Shown here: in pieces, positions 59,704-64,000 of the stretch
How positions within the stretch are numbered: the stretch's first letter is position 1
How the letters are laid out: each line of letters opens with the position of its first letter
NCBI GenBank assembly: GCA_016206155.1
Contig: JACQSC010000004.1
Span: 75,699-139,698 of the forward strand
Direction: 5' to 3'
Length of the DNA stretch: 64,000 bases
DNA from: Candidatus Uhrbacteria bacterium
GTDB taxonomy: Bacteria; Patescibacteriota; Patescibacteriia; JACQRZ01
Position numbers and translations under genes: made by a program
Notes under the pieces: model-generated
Told to the model about the DNA's origin: nothing
Database searches by the model: none
The model's input: only the letters and a program-made list of their open reading frames with translations

Positions 59704-60255
59704 TTACTCATTTTTGCTGTGATGATCGACACCGCGATACTTTTTAATAAAGGTATCGATGCGCTCCTCATCAAATTGCTCAAGTTTCAAAAGCTGCGTC
59801 CACGCAGTCAACACAATTGGCGAGGGAAGCGCTGGCTGAGTATACGGCTCAAGGATAAGCTGTGATACGTATTTGCCTGCCATGGTGCGTAGCTTTTCAA
59901 TCGTGTCGCCATCAACGCGCACCGGATCATAGTGAATAATAACACCACCGTCTTCCAAATTGTGAACCTGCAATTCGTCGGGAATTTGTTCATCGTGCAC
60001 ACCCCATGGAGCAACAGACGATCCGATATGGGGGCCGCTTGTTGGTGGCACAGAATTATATGACGCGTGCTCATCCTCCTTGCTATCAATATGCTGATTG
60101 CCAAGGTCGGCAAATCGCTCGTCCCGGGAAACGGAAGGGGTCACGCTGACAGATTCTTTATTCTCGCGGACAAACGATGCGGCGAGCGCCAAAACGCCGG
60201 CCGCGACCAAAAGAAGTGAAAAAAACAAAGGGGGGCGTTGTTTTTCCGAACGCAT
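59704..60255 (-). CDS. membrane-anchored DUF3105-domain protein
   Basis: N-terminal TM helix and a PPTSGPH...W motif. Confidence 0.55.
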   Translation of the reverse strand: MRSEKQRPPLFFSLLLVAAGVLALAASFVRENKESVSVTPSVSRDERFADLGNQHIDSKEDEHASYNSVPPTSGPHIGSSVAPWGVHDEQIPDELQVHNLEDGGVIIHYDPVRVDGDTIEKLRTMAGKYVSQLILEPYTQPALPSPIVLTAWTQLLKLEQFDEERIDTFIKKYRGVDHHSKNE

Positions 60256-60260
60256 AGCAT

Positions 60261-60626
60261 TTATGTTAGGAGTTCTTTAATTTTTTTAAGAATATCCTGC
60301 GGCGTGTGATGGGCCTTAATGCAATACTCATGCGCACCGAGATGGCGCGCGCGCGCCACATCTTCCTCGTGCCCCAATTCGGTAAAAAGCACGACCGGAA
60401 TATCTTTTGTCTCTTCTTTTTCATTCATTCGGCGCAAAACCTCAAACCCATCAATTTTAGGTAACAAAATTTCAAGCAGAACACAGTCTGGCTGCTCGCG
60501 CCAAATGAGATCAAGCCCCGCCTTACCGTCAACGGCGGTATGCACCTCGAACCCCTCGGCTCCCAACAGCTCCCGATACTCCTCTCTCACCGCACTATCG
60601 GGTTCTATAATGATAATCTTTTTCAT
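60261..60626 (-). CDS. single-domain response regulator (CheY-like receiver)
   Basis: 121 aa with receiver-domain acidic pocket, phospho-acceptor Asp context and conserved Lys. Confidence 0.8.
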   Translation of the reverse strand: MKKIIIIEPDSAVREEYRELLGAEGFEVHTAVDGKAGLDLIWREQPDCVLLEILLPKIDGFEVLRRMNEKEETKDIPVVLFTELGHEEDVARARHLGAHEYCIKAHHTPQDILKKIKELLT

Positions 60627-60638
60627 GCAACTTCAATC

Positions 60639-63600
60639 TCACATTTTAGAATGAAACGCTTTCCATAGAGTATAGCACACCTGAACGATTCCATATATGA
60701 TCAAAAGAAACAAGAGTGCCGCTGCTGGGAACACGTATTTTGGTATTGAAGCTCCGCCCGAATCATCGCGCACCTCCTGGATTGTTTGCGCTGGTTGTGG
60801 AATTGGTTTGCTGACGAAAAATCGATCCGACGACGACACGGTCTCACTACGATATACAGCCTCGACCGTAACGGTATAATATCCTCCGGGGATATCGTTG
60901 CTAAGTTCGATATTTTTTGTAAACACGCTTCGTTCAGCGAGAACAAATTCTCCTTTCTGATCAAGAATGCGAACACCGCTCTGGTCGGAGATAAGAAAGC
61001 GCAGCAACACGGGCTCTCGCTTTGCGGTGCTTTTGATAATCTCTCCATTAATAATCAACGTGCCGGAATCGGTGAGCGTTCGTGACGCGTCGTCAACGGA
61101 AATCGACAGCTCAAAAACCTCAGCGGCTATGAAGGGCTTACTATCACTCACTGCTTCTTTCGCCACCTTCGGTATCGCGAGAGGCGAGGGAAAACGTTTT
61201 ATTCGCTTCTTGGTTTGTCGGACGGTGGTCGATACGTTTTGCTCTTGCGTTGGTGTTATCGGCTGAACCGAATCCTCGGTTGTGGTAGATTCGACTGTTG
61301 GCGACACGGAAACGACCAGTGGCCCTTCTACATCCTCTATTTTTCGAGCTTCTTCATTTTCCGCGAATTTTTGTTCAGTTTGTGATGATTGCGACGCACT
61401 CAGAGGCGATGATTGTTGCACGGGCACAATTCCTGATATGAGAGGAGCTGTGATACTGTTACCGCTCTCTTGTGCGGATGTCGATATCGGAAGAAGGGCT
61501 GTGGGCGTTGGAGGTGCCTTTGGCACGATAGGGGCAAACACCGAGAAGTGGGGTGGCACGCCGGACAACACGGCATTTACCGAGTCAACAGTTGTCGCAA
61601 ATGGCATCCACTGTTGTTTGCTGTCTGACCACACGGCAAGCATCAATTTTTTTTCATCAACACTGAGCGCTGCCGTTTCGTTTTTTGAATAGGGAATGGA
61701 AATTTTCACATCGCTGCCCACGGCTGCCAACGATGAAATCGACTTTCCTGATGCATCCCTTGGTGTAATTTCAATACCCTTTCCACCGACAACCTCTGCG
61801 GTCGGCGTTTTTGCAACGACTGCGGTAGTAACCTTGGTACTCACCGATCCACTGTCTGATGAATTGCCAAGAGCGCCTGCGGGCAATATGATAGCAAACT
61901 TTTCACCCGCATCCGTGTTCTTGACGACCCCACCCTTTGAGGGAGAAATCGGAGTCGTCATACGTTCTGTATGTACGTATCCCGGAATGTTTGCCAAACT
62001 CAAGTTCAATGTTTTTCCACCAGTAACGGCAATCATGTGTCTTGATGATTCATACCCATCGGCACGGGCAAAAACCGTCCATGTACCTGTCGTTAAATTA
62101 AGGGTATAATTGTTTCCTGTTTTGACCGCCGTGTCGACGGACGCGGATTGTACCGTACCTGTCACACTTTCAGCAATAATCTTGGTTTCGAACGATACGT
62201 GCTTCCCGCCAACCTGAACCGAGCCCGATACCAAAGAAGATGCTGGCACCAGCCGACGGTCATCGACAACAATCGCACCACCCTTGATCACGAAAAAAAG
62301 CGGGGCATCGCCATCAACGCATCCTTTTTTTGAAGCAGTCATGGCGTAAATGCCCGGTGAAAGCGTCAACACATACGCACCACCTATATCGGTCGTTGCT
62401 TCAATAAGACGTCCATTCTCTGTGTCGACGACCGACACGGCGACGTTTTCCTTGCACGCGTTTTCGTCAGACACAATCATTCCTTGCGCGACGAATGACG
62501 TCGGCAGCGTAAACGATACGGTTGCGATCGTCCCTGACGATATGGTGACCCCAGACTTTTTCCCGATCACGCCATAGCGCGGATGCTGCGCGGTCACTGT
62601 ATATGTGCCAGGTGGCACGGACACTCGGTATTGTCCGGGAACAGAATTGAGCGACGTTCCATCGCCATTAAAATGAGCATCGCGCACATCAACAAAGGCA
62701 TCGGTCACTCCGGCGACCGTCACAACAACCGTTCCGGGGGTGTTGATTGCAAAATTCTTTTCGCTAATCGTTTGTCCGGCAGTCACGATCACGTTCTCGA
62801 TGGGAGCGAGGCGTCCTGCGCCCTTCACCATCGCCTCGACACTATATCCACTTCCCGCCTTCACGCGTATTGAATAATTTCCATCGGTATCTGTCGTGAC
62901 TGCTCCGGTTCCTGCAGATCCCGCTATACTCACGAATGCTCCGGAAACGCCCCTCCCTCCCCTCGTAACTCTTCCCTTTACTGTTCCATACTGAGCAAGC
63001 GAAACGCGCATGTCCTGTCCTGACACATTTTTTCCCGAGAGAACGACGGTCTTACCGGGAATTTCTCCGGCCGTCGGCGCAATCGCACGCAACCTAAATC
63101 TTCCGTCAGTAACAAAAAGGGTAAACTGCCCTGTCGCATCTGTTGGTCTTTCAACGCGTGCCCCAATCACACGACCGTCCTCATCAACTTCCTCTGCATT
63201 CACAACTGCAAACGCGATAGGACCGCCATTGTCATCGAGCACGCGCCCCGAGATTGAACGTTCGCCCCGAGGAACACGGAAAATCAGGTCGCTTGCGCCG
63301 CCACTTCCACTGTTCGTGACAAGTATGGCATCGCGATACACGTCTGCACTCGCATTGCTGTCAACGATGCTGTTTCCGCTGTCCTCGCGAACGTGAATAT
63401 CGATCGCGCTGACCGGTGGCATGCCAGGCGCTGAAACCTCAAGGCGATATAATCTGGCAGCGAGCGTCAATTCAAACGAACCGTCAATGAGTGATTGTGT
63501 TACCAGCTCCTTTGTTGTACCGTCCGTACGATCACGAGGAACCGCAAAAACGGTCGCGTTTGGAATGCCGATATTGTGTGCATCAACAACGCGCCCAACA

Positions 63601-63989
63601 ACACGCAGTTTTGCGGGATAGAGATACAGTGTCTCCTCGTAGGTATCATCGCCAGAGATACGAACTTGCCTTGGAGTGGGAATGATAAAGAGCGGTGCGC
63701 GTTCGCCCATGGGTTCGACCCCGACGCCCCACGTCCCATCAACAACCGGAAGTGCTATCGAACGCATCGTCTGTCCGTTCCATAGTACGTCGCGAGCAAT
63801 ATGTCCCGAGCCGTCATCGCCGCCTGAGGCAAAAACACGCACATCGGTTTGGTCGGGAATGTGAATAACGCGCACTGTTATGGTGCGGCTGGCTGGCGCG
63901 AACGCAAAATTAAGTCCCGTTCTGTTCTGCCCTCCAGAAAGTTCAACATCTACGTAAAAGGGTCCGCCCACCACATTGCCACTTGTCAT
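60639..63989 (-). CDS. very large cell-surface protein with repeated carboxypeptidase-regulatory-like/Ig-like beta domains and a C-terminal TM anchor; N-terminus probably beyond the window
   Basis: At least 1116 aa with several PGxYxVT-type beta-sandwich repeats and a C-terminal hydrophobic helix. The frame stays open upstream of Met at 63989 to the window end. Confidence 0.6.
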   Translation of the reverse strand: MTSGNVVGGPFYVDVELSGGQNRTGLNFAFAPASRTITVRVIHIPDQTDVRVFASGGDDGSGHIARDVLWNGQTMRSIALPVVDGTWGVGVEPMGERAPLFIIPTPRQVRISGDDTYEETLYLYPAKLRVVGRVVDAHNIGIPNATVFAVPRDRTDGTTKELVTQSLIDGSFELTLAARLYRLEVSAPGMPPVSAIDIHVREDSGNSIVDSNASADVYRDAILVTNSGSGGASDLIFRVPRGERSISGRVLDDNGGPIAFAVVNAEEVDEDGRVIGARVERPTDATGQFTLFVTDGRFRLRAIAPTAGEIPGKTVVLSGKNVSGQDMRVSLAQYGTVKGRVTRGGRGVSGAFVSIAGSAGTGAVTTDTDGNYSIRVKAGSGYSVEAMVKGAGRLAPIENVIVTAGQTISEKNFAINTPGTVVVTVAGVTDAFVDVRDAHFNGDGTSLNSVPGQYRVSVPPGTYTVTAQHPRYGVIGKKSGVTISSGTIATVSFTLPTSFVAQGMIVSDENACKENVAVSVVDTENGRLIEATTDIGGAYVLTLSPGIYAMTASKKGCVDGDAPLFFVIKGGAIVVDDRRLVPASSLVSGSVQVGGKHVSFETKIIAESVTGTVQSASVDTAVKTGNNYTLNLTTGTWTVFARADGYESSRHMIAVTGGKTLNLSLANIPGYVHTERMTTPISPSKGGVVKNTDAGEKFAIILPAGALGNSSDSGSVSTKVTTAVVAKTPTAEVVGGKGIEITPRDASGKSISSLAAVGSDVKISIPYSKNETAALSVDEKKLMLAVWSDSKQQWMPFATTVDSVNAVLSGVPPHFSVFAPIVPKAPPTPTALLPISTSAQESGNSITAPLISGIVPVQQSSPLSASQSSQTEQKFAENEEARKIEDVEGPLVVSVSPTVESTTTEDSVQPITPTQEQNVSTTVRQTKKRIKRFPSPLAIPKVAKEAVSDSKPFIAAEVFELSISVDDASRTLTDSGTLIINGEIIKSTAKREPVLLRFLISDQSGVRILDQKGEFVLAERSVFTKNIELSNDIPGGYYTVTVEAVYRSETVSSSDRFFVSKPIPQPAQTIQEVRDDSGGASIPKYVFPAAALLFLLIIYGIVQVCYTLWKAFHSKM

Positions 63990-64000
63990 AGACGGGACAA

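Overview
The window reads as a gene-dense, low-Shine-Dalgarno bacterial genome with traits typical of Candidate Phyla Radiation/Patescibacteria-type organisms. Three features carry that impression: a 23S rRNA gene split by seven group I introns, a diversity-generating retroelement, and many tRNAs with genomically encoded CCA ends. Core housekeeping genes dominate. These include valS, tyrS, rnc, nusB, rpmF, gyrA, fbaB, fbp, murE-like, a FemAB-family gene, rplS, an RluA-family pseudouridine synthase, a CCA-adding enzyme, folD, polA and mntH. There are ten tRNA genes and a 23S-5S rRNA unit with no adjacent 16S. The 23S gene carries five LAGLIDADG homing-endonuclease ORFs, one in each of five introns, plus two ORF-less introns. 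The most striking accessory content falls into four groups. First, a complete diversity-generating retroelement sits at 51967-54592 (reverse transcriptase, Avd, template repeat, variable repeat with adenine-specific differences, and a target gene), with a C11/G11 homopolymer shared by the overlapping avd and RT start regions. Second, two unrelated families of short palindromic elements are present, and both are inserted in-frame inside essential genes (polA twice, and the CCA-adding enzyme), much as Rickettsia palindromic elements are; further copies are intergenic. Third, an AT-rich two-gene cassette (an XRE regulator plus a PLP-dependent enzyme) is bounded by roughly 210-230 bp inverted repeats and lies next to tRNA-Leu. 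Fourth, telomere-like (TTTAGGG/CCCTAAA)n tracts sit immediately upstream of several start codons and a tRNA. Two GC-rich ORF-free stretches (4058-4404 and 33060-34019) are candidate structured RNAs that I could not assign to a known family. Coordinates for non-ORF features were anchored to nearby ORF-track coordinates, but intron and 23S boundaries remain approximate (roughly +/-5 nt).
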